From Candidatus Omnitrophota bacterium (GTDB taxonomy: Bacteria > Omnitrophota > Omnitrophia > Omnitrophales > Aquincolibacteriaceae), in the NCBI GenBank assembly GCA_035352955.1, contig DAOPYQ010000001.1:101536-165535 (forward strand): a DNA stretch of 64,000 nt, read 5' to 3'. Below the pieces are notes generated by a model. That model saw only the letters and a list, made by a program, of their open reading frames with translations, was not told the origin of the DNA and ran no database searches. The position numbers and the translations under genes are program-made. Below are positions 18,824-32,900 of the stretch, one piece after another (within the stretch, counting starts at the first letter, position 1; every line of letters begins with the position of its first letter).

Positions 18824-18884
18824 CAGCCTCTGATTTTCCGGGTTTCTTTCCCTGTTATCCCCGAAAGTTTTCGACCCTCCATAG

Positions 18885-20245
<1,361 letters not shown>

Positions 20246-20246
<1 letters not shown>

Positions 20247-20683
20247 TGCTGAAAAAATTCTTCATCTTCCTCGCGATAGCGCTCGCCATCTTTCTGGTGT
20301 TGTGCTGGATCTACCTGCCGTCGGTCACGCGCTATCGCGAGCTGAAGCTTGAGGAAGAGAAGCTCAATAAGCGGATCCACGATATCGATATGAAGATCAA
20401 GGGTCTCGCCGAGGAGAAGAACCTTCTCCAGACCGATGTCGCCTACCTCGAAAAAGTGATCCGCGAAGAGCTTGGTTTCGTAAAACCCGGCGAGATCGTC
20501 TACGAACTTGTCACGAAAAAAGGTGCGCCGGTCCCAAAGCCGGACGCTCCGGCAGTAGCTCCCGCGCTTGCCTCAAAGACAACGCCTGATGTTGCCCAGG
20601 CATCTGTTGCGGCTACTTCGACGAAAAAAGTCGCGTCCGCGACGGCCGTTTCCAGAAAAAAATCCTCTTCGACGCGCCGCTAG
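20246..20683 (+). CDS. ftsB: Septum formation initiator-like protein (FtsB/DivIC family) with a low-complexity Ala/Ser/Thr-rich tail
   Basis: The 145-aa product has one N-terminal TM segment (FFIFLAIALAIFLVLCWIYL) followed by a coiled coil (ELKLEEEKLNKRIHDIDMKIKGLAEEKNLLQ), the typical FtsB layout. Its start overlaps the eno stop (TAATG). Confidence 0.6.
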
Positions 20684-20705
20684 AAGCGCGTTTGTTGTTT
20701 CTTTG
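20672..20705 (+). terminator. Putative rho-independent terminator after ftsB
   Basis: A stem ACGCGC/GCGCGT with an 8-nt loop (CGCTAGAA) is followed by a T-rich tract (TTGTTGTTTCTTTG). Confidence 0.35.
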
Positions 20706-20739
20706 TCGGAAGGGGATCCCTCTCTGTATTGCCTCCCAA

Positions 20740-20903
20740 TGAAAAATGTCAGAATTCTTTGAAAGTGCAACCTATCAAAAAATATCAATTTATAGCATTC
20801 CTGGCACATCAATAATTCCATAAATCCATGAATTTGCGCGATTTAGATCCGCCTGTTAAATTTCTAAAGACTTTTTAAATACCACAAAGTAAGGGCAGAG
20901 GTC
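20740..20903 (+). promoter_or_regulatory. AT-rich leader and promoter region of giant gene 1
   Basis: The region is markedly AT-rich compared with its GC-rich flanks. It contains TTGAAA at 20759-20764, TTTATAGCATT at 20789-20799 (also present upstream of gene 2) and a ribosome-binding site GGGCAGAGG before the ATG at 20904. Confidence 0.35.
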
Positions 20904-23900
20904 ATGGTAAAAAAAGGCGTATTCCATAGAGAGGACTGTCTCCGGAAAGTGATCGCTTTCCTGACAGTCCTTTTCTTTTTAACGACCGACCTCTTCGGGC
21001 CTAAGGCCTATGCCTTGTCTGCCGTACCCAATTCTGCACGCTCCATGTCTTCCCATGTTCAGGAGGGGAACCTCACCGGCGCTCCTTTGACCTCTGCCAA
21101 GTTTTCGAAGGTCGCCATCCCCTCCGAACATGGAACTATCCTTGAAAGATTTCAGGGAAAAACGGACCGGACCGTAGTCCTGATCCAGGATGCACACGAC
21201 GTTTCAGACGCCCAGGAGAACATCCGGGCGCTGATCGGCTATTTCCGGAAGACGTACGGGATCGGCCTTGTGGCGCTCGAAGGGGCGGCGGGACCGCTTG
21301 ATGCGCGGATCTTCCGGAGTTTTCCTGACAAGGAACTTTTGAAGAGTGTTCTCAAGGAATACCATGAAAAGGGCGAACTGACCGGCGCGGTTTCAGCGGC
21401 CATCCTGGATGAGGAGGCCGGGGATTATTTCGGGATCGAGGACTGGCAGCTTTACGAAGAAGGTCTTGCGCTCTACCGTGCGGCATCGGAAAAAGAGCCG
21501 CAGCTTTTAAAAGCCCTGAATGCCGAGAAGACGAAGAACGACGAGGCCAAGAAGAAACTTTATTCCGCGGACCTTTTTGCGATCGACCGGGGGTGGGGAA
21601 ACTTTTCCAGGGACGGGAAGGGGCTTGCCGAGCTCCTCGGGAAATTGGTTGCCGTCCGGAAACCGGCGCAGGGTTCGGGATTGGCGGCCATCGTCGAAGC
21701 TCTCGGGCAGGGATCATTCGACGGCGCCGCGCTTATTGCCGAAGTCGAAGCGCTTGCGGGGAAGGTCCGGCGCGCGCTTCAAGCGGCATCCGGCAAGGAA
21801 CAGGAAAGGTTCAAGAAGTTCAACGCGCTTTATCAGGATTTCCGCAGCTCAAGAATCACGCCGCAAGCCTTCGCTCTTGCCATGGGGCCCTGGCTTCGGG
21901 AGCACAGGGTCCCTTACAAGGCTTCCGGCGCACTTGAGAGATGGGTCCGCAACCAGAAGATGATCGAATCGATCCGCGGCCCGGAGCTTTTTGCGGAGCT
22001 CAAGGCCTATGTGGCTGAAGTGAAGACCGTTCTCATGAAAACGCCGGAGCAAAGATCGCTCGATGAACAGGGCGAAACGATCCGGATGCTGACAAACCTT
22101 GCCCGCCTCGAATTAAGTGATGAAGAATGGCGGACTTTGTGCGCAACGTCACGGGTCTCTTTGGATGATCGATTTCAGGATCACCGGAAGTTCTATGAGA
22201 ACGCGGAGAGGCGTGACGAGTGTTTTTACCGTAATCTTTCGGAGCGGATCGGTTCTCAGGGCCGAGAAGCGTCCCGGACGGCGCTTTTGGTCGCCGGGGG
22301 GTTCCACACCGAAGGGCTGACGCGCCGGTTCAGGGAGAACGGGATCTCCTATTTTCTTGTCTCGCCTCGCACCGGAGACGCCTCCCTAAAAACGAATTAC
22401 CGCGCCCATATCCGGGGCGACGTTTCCTGGAAGGACCATTTCAAGGTCGAGAATGGCCGCGTCGATCTTTACGCCGCGTTCATTCGCGCGACGCGGGATA
22501 AATTGTTGCAGACGGAACGCGGCAACCGGGGCCCGGAAGTTTTCCCTCCCGTTACTGTCCGGTTACCCTCGTTTGCGGCGAAGGAATGGCGCGATCAGAT
22601 CATTCGCGACCTGGCCCGGGAAGGGAAGATCGCCGAATCGTACCGCTATGTCCGGTTCATGGATGAAACCGCGGAAGGGAGCCGCACCTTTCCGGGGCTT
22701 GAAAAAGTCGACCGTTTTATCGAAGCGCTTCGCCGTCTGGAATCCTCCGGCGCGTTGACGCGGGAAAATATCGTCCATCTTTTAAAGCCGTCGACCATTC
22801 TTTCCGCAGCGGCCGGTAATGCGATCCTCGGCGGGATGACCGTGCCGGCGGCGTTGTTAGTCCGAGAAGGCGGTAAGCGGGACGAGAAACGGGATGAGAA
22901 GCAGGAGATCTCGGCCATGCTTCCTCCCCAAGGCGGGATTGACCTCAGCCGTTATCTATGGTTTCGGTCGCTCCGGGTGCCCGAAATGTACGGGATCCAC
23001 GGGCAGGTGAACGCGCTCAAAGTGAAGGAAGCCGAGTTTTTTGATAGTCGCGAGGACCCGGTGGGCGCGTTCCTGGCTTCAGAGGGTTTTTTGGCGCTCC
23101 CGAACGGCCGTGATCGTCGGGCCGCGCTGACGGCTTTAAGTGAGATCTGGAAAGCTATCAGCAACATCCATTTTGCCAAGGACAGAGTTGTCCGAGGCGA
23201 GAGCGCGTACGATGCGGTACGGGTCCTTGCCGAATATTTAAATCATCCGTTTATCCGGGGGATCAAGGATGATGCGGCTCGCCTTAAATCTATCGAGATC
23301 TTTCGTGAGATTTCGGTCGATACCGTCCTGGAGCTTAACAAGGAAAAGGACTGGCTCGTGAAGCTCTTGGCCGGGGCGGCAACCGCCGGGATCCGGGACG
23401 CCGGGGAAATGGAAGAGTTTTTCGAGATCCTCCACCGGATCCTGAAGAATGTTCTCTTCGATCGGGTTCGCGGCGTAAATGGTCGCGATGATTCTTTCCG
23501 GGACCTCGACGGCATTTTGCGCGATCCCGCGTTTCTCCGGCTGGAAACGTCCGGAGAGCGGAGGGAGGCCCTTGCGATGTTCAAGCGAGTTCTTCCTCTC
23601 GCGCCGCTTTCGCTTATCGGGGTTATCGAATTCAGCGGTGATAGTCGTAGCGCCAGTGTCTTTTTGAAAAGTTTCCTGGCCTCGGACCTTTTTTCGATTC
23701 TCCCGGATTCCCGGGCACGGGAGTACGGTATCGCGCTCATGTCCCGCTTGTATTTTCATAAAGATCCCGAGATCGCCGCGATTGTCAGAAATATTTTTTG
23801 GGAATTCCGCAAAGAAGATGACCGGTTGCAGGAGATTTTCCATAGAGCTATGGCGGACATCGCTTCGCGGAGCGGCCGTGTGGATATAGAACGAGTCGTT

Positions 23901-26900
23901 GACGAAGCGGCTGAAAGTATCCGTCAGATGTTTGCGCAACGTGAAGCCCGTCAGACGCGCGGGGAACAGCAGGACGCGCAACGCGCGACGCAGGGCGCGC
24001 AACGAGAAGCGGAAGGGAAGTTGTGGATTGAAACGGAAAAGCCGGGGGACGGAAAACGGATGACGGATGGAGTAAAGCCTGGTTTTTCGAAATCCGCCAT
24101 CCGTCATCCATTATCCTCCGCCGAAGGCGACGGTCGCGCTGAATTACGGGTCAATCCCGACGAATATCCCTGGTTCAAAAGTCTGGAGCCTCTTGAGAAA
24201 ATCGGAATCCGTGACCAGTTGAATGATCTCAGTGAAAAAGAGAGGAAAAACTTCCCCAAAAGTTTTGGAAGGCTCCGGCGGTTCCTGAACTCGAAGGGAT
24301 TTTCGGCACTCCGCAGCGGACGTGAGCGATGGGAGGCGATCACGGGCCTCCAGAAGTTCTGGACCCGGCTGGTTGACAATTTCGGAGATGATTATTCCCG
24401 CAGCGTTAGAGCGACGAGGTTCGGCCTGTTTTTCGAGGCTTATATGGCAAGTCCGTTCTTTATGGAAATGGAAGGTCCCGCGGAACGTTTGAAAGCCCTT
24501 GCGATCTTTCACGAGATCGATTTCGAGACAGTGAACCATCTGGACAGGTACGAAGGCGGCATCCTGGAGATTTTGAACAAGTCCGTACGCGCAGGGATCA
24601 ACACGGCGCCGGAAAAAGTCGAAGTCGTCGAGATCCTTCGGCGGAGCTTCCAGAATATTCACCAGGACAGCTACAAAGAAAACGTGGATTTAAGGGAGGT
24701 TTTGGCGATCTTTTACGAATTTCTGGATGTGCCGGCGTTTTCCTCGCTTGCGACTCCGGGAGAACGGCAGGCCGCTCTTTCCGTTCTGAAAAACGCTTAT
24801 CCTACGAAGTCCACGCGGTATTCCTCGAAAGAACATTTAAACACGATCCTGGTGACCCGCGCGGCCCTGGTTGCTTTTCTGAAATGGGACTCTTTCAGGA
24901 ATCTTTCGAATCCCCAGGCCCGTCGTTATGGGTTAGCGCTTTTCGGGCGTCTTCTTTTTCCGCCGGAGACCCTTAAACGGGGGTGGATCTGGATCCCCAA
25001 AGGTTTACTGGATACGCGGGCGGCGGTCGCTGAAATTGTCCGGGAGGCTTTCCTTCATCCCGGAAAAAGCAGCGAAGAGGTTCTTAATATTTTTCGTGAG
25101 GTGATGGAACGCATGGACCGGGAGCGGGGGCAGTTCCAGCTCAAGAAGATGGTGGTGGGGGCTGTTCGGGCAGTTCTTCAGGCGTGTGATCATATCCTGG
25201 CCCGGAAAACGCGGGGAGAGCCGCAGGACGCGCAACGCGCAACGGACAACGTACAACGAGAAGCGGAAGGGAAGTTGTGGCTTGAAACGGCAAAGCCGGA
25301 TGAGGGAGAACGGATGACGGATGGAGTAAAGCCTGGTTTTTCGACATCCGACATCCGGCATCCGCAATCCGTAAGCGAAGACGGCGGCCGCGCGGAATTG
25401 CGGGCGAAAGAGCTTATCTTTCTGCCGTCCCTGAGCGTCATTGAACGCAGATTGAAAAAGGATCCGGGGTATGCGACCGAAGCGAATTTCGAACCGTTCC
25501 GCAAGGTCCTGGCCGGGGAAGATGCGGCGTTTAACCGGTTGTTGAACGTTCTGAGATGGCTTCCCCAAAAGACGATCGACGCGGCGGAAGGCGTTTGGAG
25601 ACTTCTCATGAAAGGCGCGATCGCTTTTCTGGCCATTTCCTTGGCGGGCGGACAGATCATTGCCATCCTGCTGGGAAGTTTCGGGGACCCCGTCTTGTTT
25701 TTCTGGCTCAAGAGCATGGGGGTTGCCGGTTTGATAGCCGGGGGAGCAGCGGTTATGATCAGGATTGCCAACGTTTTGCGTGAGAGAGGGTTGCCTTCGA
25801 TCCGCAAAAACATTCACGAGGCCAGGACCGTCAAATCTTTCAAGGCGCTCCGGCTGTTCGCACGGCAGCATTCCGTTTTCCGGTCCGGAAAATATCTGGA
25901 TTATGCCGGAACGCATCTCCGCTCCAGAAGCTTTGTCGTCACAAAAGCGGCATTTGGATTTTTAGATCAGATCCACGGGTGGGGTTTTCCCCCGGCATGG
26001 TATCCGGAGCTTTTTGAGGCCCTGAAGCCGTTCTTTTCCAAAGAGTTTACGGTTGACCGGGGAGTTCTGGCCGTTCTGGATCAAGCGTCTTTCCGGAAGG
26101 ATAAGGCCGAGGCGATCGCATTTGTCCGCCAACAGCTGGAGATGATGGAAGAGCAAGAGCAGGCCAGAAAAGAAAGAGGAACGGTTCAGCCGGTGCCCGC
26201 ATCGCAACGGCGCGGTTCCGGGAACGTGGAAGGCTCCCTGTGGGAAGAAAAATCGTTCCGCGCGGAGGTGCGGGTTGTGTCACAAACTTTTGCGGATGTC
26301 GTGGCGAAGATCCGCCAAACGGGTACTTTTGGGATCAATGTGGGCCTGGGACAGCCGCGCGAATTGTTTTCTGGTCTCGCGAAACAGGCTCCCGGAGAAT
26401 TTAATGAGGCGAACCTGGGAGCGCTGATCGGGGAGATCCTCGACCATTCGGGAGCCGAAGCTGAAGCGTGGTGGACGATCCTGAAAGCCGCGGACCCTTA
26501 TTTCGCGTTGGCTGGCGCCAAGGATCCCGCTTTAAGCCCTTACAGTCCCGCGAATCTTCGCCCGGTCCTGGAACGCGCGATCACGCAGGATCCCCCCGGC
26601 AAATACGTTCTCAACCTTTTGAAACGGTTTTCCATAAGAAACCAGGCCGCCTTTGATGAAGAGAATCTGCGTCATTGCATCGATCTTTTTGATCTGGAAC
26701 GGCGAGAGTTCTTTTTCCGGGTGAAGCCGTTTTTCAGTCATCTGCTGGTCTCCGGCATCTTTTTCACCGAGACGCAGCTGGATCCTTTTCTGGATAAGGT
26801 CATTGAGTTCTTTCTGAGGAGAGAAAGGGAGGTGGATCTGAGCTCGTTCCACGGTTGGATCACGGCAGTCGCCGCGGGAGTGCCGGGCGTTGCCCTTCGG

Positions 26901-29900
26901 GCACTTAGCCTGCTCTTTGCCATTGAGGTCTTTCCGGATTTTAATGACATGAAAACATTCGCTCTGAATCTTTTCTCGATTCTTGAAAAGCGCTACGGGC
27001 CACTGGACCGGGAGGCTATGGTGGACGCGGCAGAGGATCTTTGGAACAGCATGTTCCCGGCACCGCGCGTGCGGAATTTCTGGACTACAAAAACGAAAAG
27101 CGAGTTTGAGGCATTTGACAGCCTTTTCCGGGACTTTGCGGCCTCGCTTGATGCGGCAAGGACGGCAGGAAGTGAGAAGGCTTATAAACAGGCTGTCACA
27201 CAATTCAAATTGCAGCTGCATCATTATGCGGGACAAAGGCAGGCCAGGGTTACACGGGGAGAGCCGCAGGACGCGCAACGCGCGGCACAGGGTACGCAAG
27301 GGGTAACGGAAGGGAAGTTGTGGGCGGAGAGGGCCGAAGACGGTTTGCGTTCGGAACTTCGCGTGACGCATCCTGACATTCGCGAAAGGATGCGTGGCTT
27401 GAGGCAGAAGATAGAAAACCAGGTCGGGGATACCGGAGCGTTCGGAGCTTATGTCCAACTGCTGGATTTGCCCCCTGCCGCCGCGAGGTCCCAAGTCATT
27501 GGCGATATCAGTAAAGAGCTCAAGAAACAAGCGCGAGCGATCGCGGACACGGTTACGGATCCGGACCCCAAAGTCCAGGAAACGAAACAGAAGACTTTGC
27601 TCGCGAATCTGACAGTGCTTGCGGTCCTTCAGACCATCGACCGTAACGCGAGAAAGGCGGCTTCGACGGAGCCTGCGGGCGACAAGTTCTTCGGCCTGTA
27701 TGAGCGGGAAAGTTTCGTCGAAACGGCGTTCTTCACGCACATGACGGTTTCGCTGAGCAGTTTGCTGAAGGACCTTGATCCCGACTATATCGAGGATGAA
27801 GAACTGCGGCTTTTAACTTTCAAGATCCAGACTTACTTCGGGCTGGAAGCGTTTTTTAAAAGTTCGCCGAAGGTCCATTTCCGTCCGTGGTTTAGCAAAT
27901 TCCTGCTCAATTACATTCTCCGTGAACGTCCCGAACTCGCGCAGGCCCTGTATTCTCTGAATCCGGATCAGAGCCTTGTGGGGCTTCTCGAAGACTGGTC
28001 CGTTGAATCCAAGCTCAAATTCCAGGAGTGTCCGGAGATTACGATCCTGCGGGACATCGTGAAGCGCTACCAGTTCACGTTCCGGGATTTTGTCAGCAAG
28101 AAGAGCGGCCAGCCCTTCGATGAGAACGAGGTCTCGGAACAGTACCAGGGCGACCTTGAAATGCTCATGGAAGACGAAACCGTGCGCGGGCTGATCCAAC
28201 GGGATCTCCGGGGGCTCCAGGATATCGTGACGATCATGCTGACGGAAGGCCGGATCGAAGCGGAAAAGGCCAAAAAAGAAAAGGGCGGCAAGGACGACGG
28301 GTACGGCGAAGTTCGGTACATCCTGGAACAGATCATCCCGAAGGCCCTGCCGAAGATCCGGGAGAGGCTGAATAACGCGGACCCTCTCGAGATCCTTGAT
28401 GCGATGGCGAGCATTGTGCAGGTGGCGAACGGGGAATTCTCCGCGTTGATGGGCAAGTTGCTTGGGGCGCACCCGCGGATCGGGGACAAGTATTCCCGTC
28501 TGATCGCGGGCAACGTCCAACGCCTCAAGCAGATCGGACTGATCCTTGTGGCGGTCGGCGAGACCGGATTTGACCAGATCCCGTTCGATAAACTGGTCGC
28601 ACGCTACAAGATCGTAAAAGGGAGCGACGCCGAAGGCCGGCTTCTCGAGATCATCGCGAACATCGCCCGTTCCGCGAAGGAAGGGACCGCCGGACTGATC
28701 GAAGAAACCTTCGATCTTTACAGCCAGGAGGCCGGCGAGACGTTGGACGACCTGAACAAACTGCTCCGCGCGTTCAATTATTTCGTCAGGATCGTCAATT
28801 TTCACTATGAATACGAAAAACTGGTCCTTGCCGGCGAGGTCGGCCAGATCAATAACGAAACTTATTTCGTGAGCTTGCGCGACCTCAAAAAGACCCTGCA
28901 GATCGTACGGCGCAACTTCAACGCAGGCATGGACATCAAGGAAGCTGCGGCCGATGCGGTGAAACGCCGCTATTACAACCGTCTTAGTCCCGAGGACCGC
29001 GACCGCGTGCGGGGCCTTATGATCTCTCACAGGATCATCCATCCCCACGACGAATTGAAGTTCAGTTATGAGGTCCAAGGATACGAGGTCGGCAGCCGCG
29101 AGATCGTGATCACGGAGAAACGGCCGCCGTATCAGATGCAAAAGAAGGACCGGGTGACGGGGCAGCTCTACATGGAAGAGATCCAGGTCGGGAAGCCTCG
29201 AGAGGTCATGCGTATTCAGTTTAAGGAACCGCTGGAACCCGGAGACGTCGATCCGGACATCATCTTCAACGAAACGACCTGCCGGAATCTGTCGGCGGTG
29301 CTTGAGGCGCTGGAGGTCAAAAACGGCGAAAAATTCAATCCCGTGCTGGAATTCGGGACCACGGCCGGCGGCAAAAGCACGATCGCCAAGCTCGCGGCGA
29401 AGGTCCTCAGGGTCGGTTACACCCGCATCCAGATCAACGAACGCACCGACGAGTTCGATCTGTTCGGGTCCTTTCAGCCGTTCGAGATCAACATGGAGCT
29501 GGGCGATGCGATGGAGCGGATCCGGGAAGCTCTCGATCGCGGGGAATACAACGCGCTTGAAGATGTCCTGAGCCGCATGTTGACGGGCGGAGAGGGGAAG
29601 TTCTGGGAACGGTTCTTCAGCGAAGAAGAACGCCGCGAGATCCTTGCGGGACAGGAGGGACTGGACCTTCACGAAGCCAAACGTCTGGCGATCCAGAAAC
29701 GTGTCCTCGCCCGCGTCGAAAATATCCTCGCGCAGGCGCGAGAACTTTTGCCGTTGGAACATGCGCCTGCCCAGGACCCGAAAGCGGCGGAACGGATCCA
29801 ACTCGTCAAGGCCATGGCGTATATGCTCAATCATGAAGTCGGGCTCCGTTACAAGAAAGGGCGTTTTCTCGAAGCTTACGAAAAAGGTGACCTGATCCTT

Positions 29901-32900
29901 CTTGACGAGGTTAACCTTGCGAACGAGGAAATGCTCGGCGTGCTCTACCAGCTTCTGACGATGGGGTATCTCCAGCACGGTGGCAAGGTCGTCGAACCGG
30001 CGTCCGGCCAGAAAGCCCGTATCCTGGCGACGGCGAACCCTTCAAGCTACGGCGGTCGCAACCGGATGAGCGAGGCGTTCATGAACCGGTTCGAGATCAT
30101 TTATATCGATTCGATGACCGATGAGGAAATGGCCGAGATCCTGGAAGGGACCGTTCATAAAGACCTGATCGCTTCCGGCCGGTATGCGGCGGCGGACTTC
30201 AAGAAACGGGAGGGAGAAACCCCTGCCGAGTGCCGGCAGAGGCTTGACCAGATCCTGCTGAAAGAGATCGGAGTGACACGTTACCATCTGACGCTTTTGG
30301 CCCGGGTCCAGGACAAGATCAACGGCGCGCTCCGCGGCGGGAAATTCATCGGGATGGGTGCCGACGCCGATTATGTTTTTACGATCCGCAATTATTTCAA
30401 TTTATACAAGGACCAGATGGCCCGTAAAAAGCAGGGGCAGACGCTTAGTCTCGAGACCTGGCTGCGCGAAGCCTTTATGGAATACGGGAACGTCCTGATG
30501 CGCACGAATACGTATCTCCTGAATCAGCCGGAACTTTTGAAGGAAGAAGCCTCTTACAAGACGCTTCGCAATATTTTCGGGCTCACGATCGGGGATCCGA
30601 TCCTCGACCTTCCGTCGCTTCAGCATCCGCGCGAAGGCCCTGCCGCGGCGGACGGTACCCCAACGGTGCGGTCCACCCTGCGGCCCGAAAATGCCCATGA
30701 AGCCTTTGATGAACTGGTCGCGAACTGGTTCCGCAAGATCGATTACGAATATGACCGGGCGACGCATACGCTCCGGATCGACGGGCTTACGATCACCGGC
30801 CGGACCCTCGAGGAACGGAAACTGATCGAAGAGCTTATCGAAACGGAGTCCACCAAATACAGCCAGATCGCGGTCCTGAAGGCACTGCTCCTGAACGAAC
30901 CGCTTCTGAACGTGGGCCAGTCCGGCGGAGGAAAGACCGAATCGATCGGGGATATTGTCCAGCGCCTCGGCCGCAAGTACGTCACGGTTTCCCTCGGAGA
31001 CGCGACGCTTGAAAGCCTGCTTGGGAACATGGAATGGAATCCGCGGGAAAAACGTTTTGTCTACGTTCCGGGGATCCTCGTCAAAGCGATGCAGGACGGA
31101 TCGGCGCTCGTGCTTGAGGAACTGAACATGGCGAAGTCCGGCGTGATCGAGATTCTGAACGAATATTTTGACGAAGGGACCTTCACCAATCCTTTTACGC
31201 TCGAGAAGATCAGGGTCCATTCTGATTTCCGGTTGTTCGCGACCATGAATCCTGTGCAGGGTATGACGGGGCAGAATGGCGGACGCGTGAGCCTTTCTCC
31301 GGCTCTCCGCAACCGTTTCCGCGAAGTATGGGTGCCGCACGAAAAAACGGATGCGGAAATGCGGGAGATCCTTCAGGGGCGTTTTGCTCAGAAGAATATC
31401 CAGGTCGGGGATGTTTCGATGAAGAAGATCCTCGCGTTCTTCCACGCGTATCAGGAAGCGTTCCGTTTCCGCGGCGAAGCGGCCTACTATACGAGCCCGC
31501 GCGACCTGACGCGTATCGTCCGGATCATGTCCTATCTCATCACCGTCTGCCATATGGATGAAGAAAAAGCCCTCTCCCGAGCGGTGCGGCGCGTGTACTT
31601 TGCCAAGATCGCGAAAGAGGAGGACCGGAACGATGTCCGCAAACTGATCGCCGAGGCAAAGATCCCGTCCGGCGAGATCCGGGCGCCTTCCTACCGGTTT
31701 TCCGAGGACAAACGTTTTCTTGAGGCCTACGATGGCCAGGAACTTGTCGCGCGTTTCGATGTGACCGCCCACCGGTCCCGCCTAGAAAAGATGATCGAGG
31801 ACGAGATCGGTGAAAACGATCCCGGCATTTCCGGAGAGGCGCTCCGCTCGCAAACGAAGTCCAAACTGGAACAGGCACTGAAAGAAGCGACGCTGGTTGA
31901 GAATGCGCACACGATGGAGAATCTGCTCGGGCTCATAGAGGCCGTTGCGATGGACGATCAAGATGTCCGGCAGGGAAAATTCAACCCGGTCCTTCTTCTT
32001 GGCGAAACCGCAGGAGGGAAGACCTCGCTTGTGAAATATCTTGCCGTGGCGATCCTCGGACAGGGGTACACCCGCATTCAGATCAACGAACGCACCGATG
32101 AGCTGGACCTTTTCGGTTCGTATGAACCGCGTGAAATGAAGATCGGAACGGACGATGCGGTCCGGATCGTCCAGAACGCCATCGAAGAAAAAGAGTGGGT
32201 CAAGCTCAAGAAAGCCCTGCAGATGTTGAGAAAGGGGTACGCCGGCGAGGATGAATTCGACCGGTTGCAGGATCCCGAGCGGATTTTCGAGCAGCTTGCG
32301 GCAGAGGAAACGGCCGCCCGTGAAGAGATCTTCCTGTATCTCCGGCAGGCCGTCTCGGATGACGCTGATCCCCAGAGTCGTGACGCGGCGATCCACCGGC
32401 TCAAGGTGATCGCGTATCTCGTGAAAAACGGGGCGATGAGCGTGGAAATGGAGTTCCGGGAAGGGCGGTTCCTTTCCGCCCTGAAACGCGGGGATTTTAT
32501 CGTGCTCGACGAGATCAATCTTGCGAGCGAAGAGTCGATCGCCGTCCTGTACCAGTTCCTCACGCTCGGTTTTGTGGAATATTACAACAAGGACGCCAAA
32601 GATGAGAACGGCAATCCCCACCCGCGCGTCGAGAAGATCTATCCGCCGGCGGGAATGAAACTGGCCGCGACCGCGAACCCGTCCGGTTACGGCGGCCGCA
32701 ACCGTCTCAGCGAAGCGCTCATGAACCGTTTCGAGATCCAGTACCTGCAGAACATGTCGCCGGAACAGATGAGCGAGATCATTATGGGAGAAAGCGCCCG
32801 CAAAAGCGTTTTCGCGAAAAATACGCGGTTGGCCGGCACGGTCCTGAAACTCGCCAAGCTTCAGCGGCAGATCAACTTGACCCTGGGAAGCGACGCTAAT

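Noticed and set aside
20801-20818. TGGCAC at 20801 in the gene 1 leader looked like a sigma-54 -24 element
   Set aside because: The required -12 TTGC(A/T) element is absent at the 4-5-nt downstream spacing; the sequence there is ATCAATAATT.
21520-22320. Off-frame + strand ORFs inside giant gene 1 (21520..21963, 21593..21937, 22117..22320 and similar)
   Set aside because: They overlap the long in-frame conserved N-domain in other frames. Their products are Arg/Ser/Pro-rich low-complexity sequence and are spurious.
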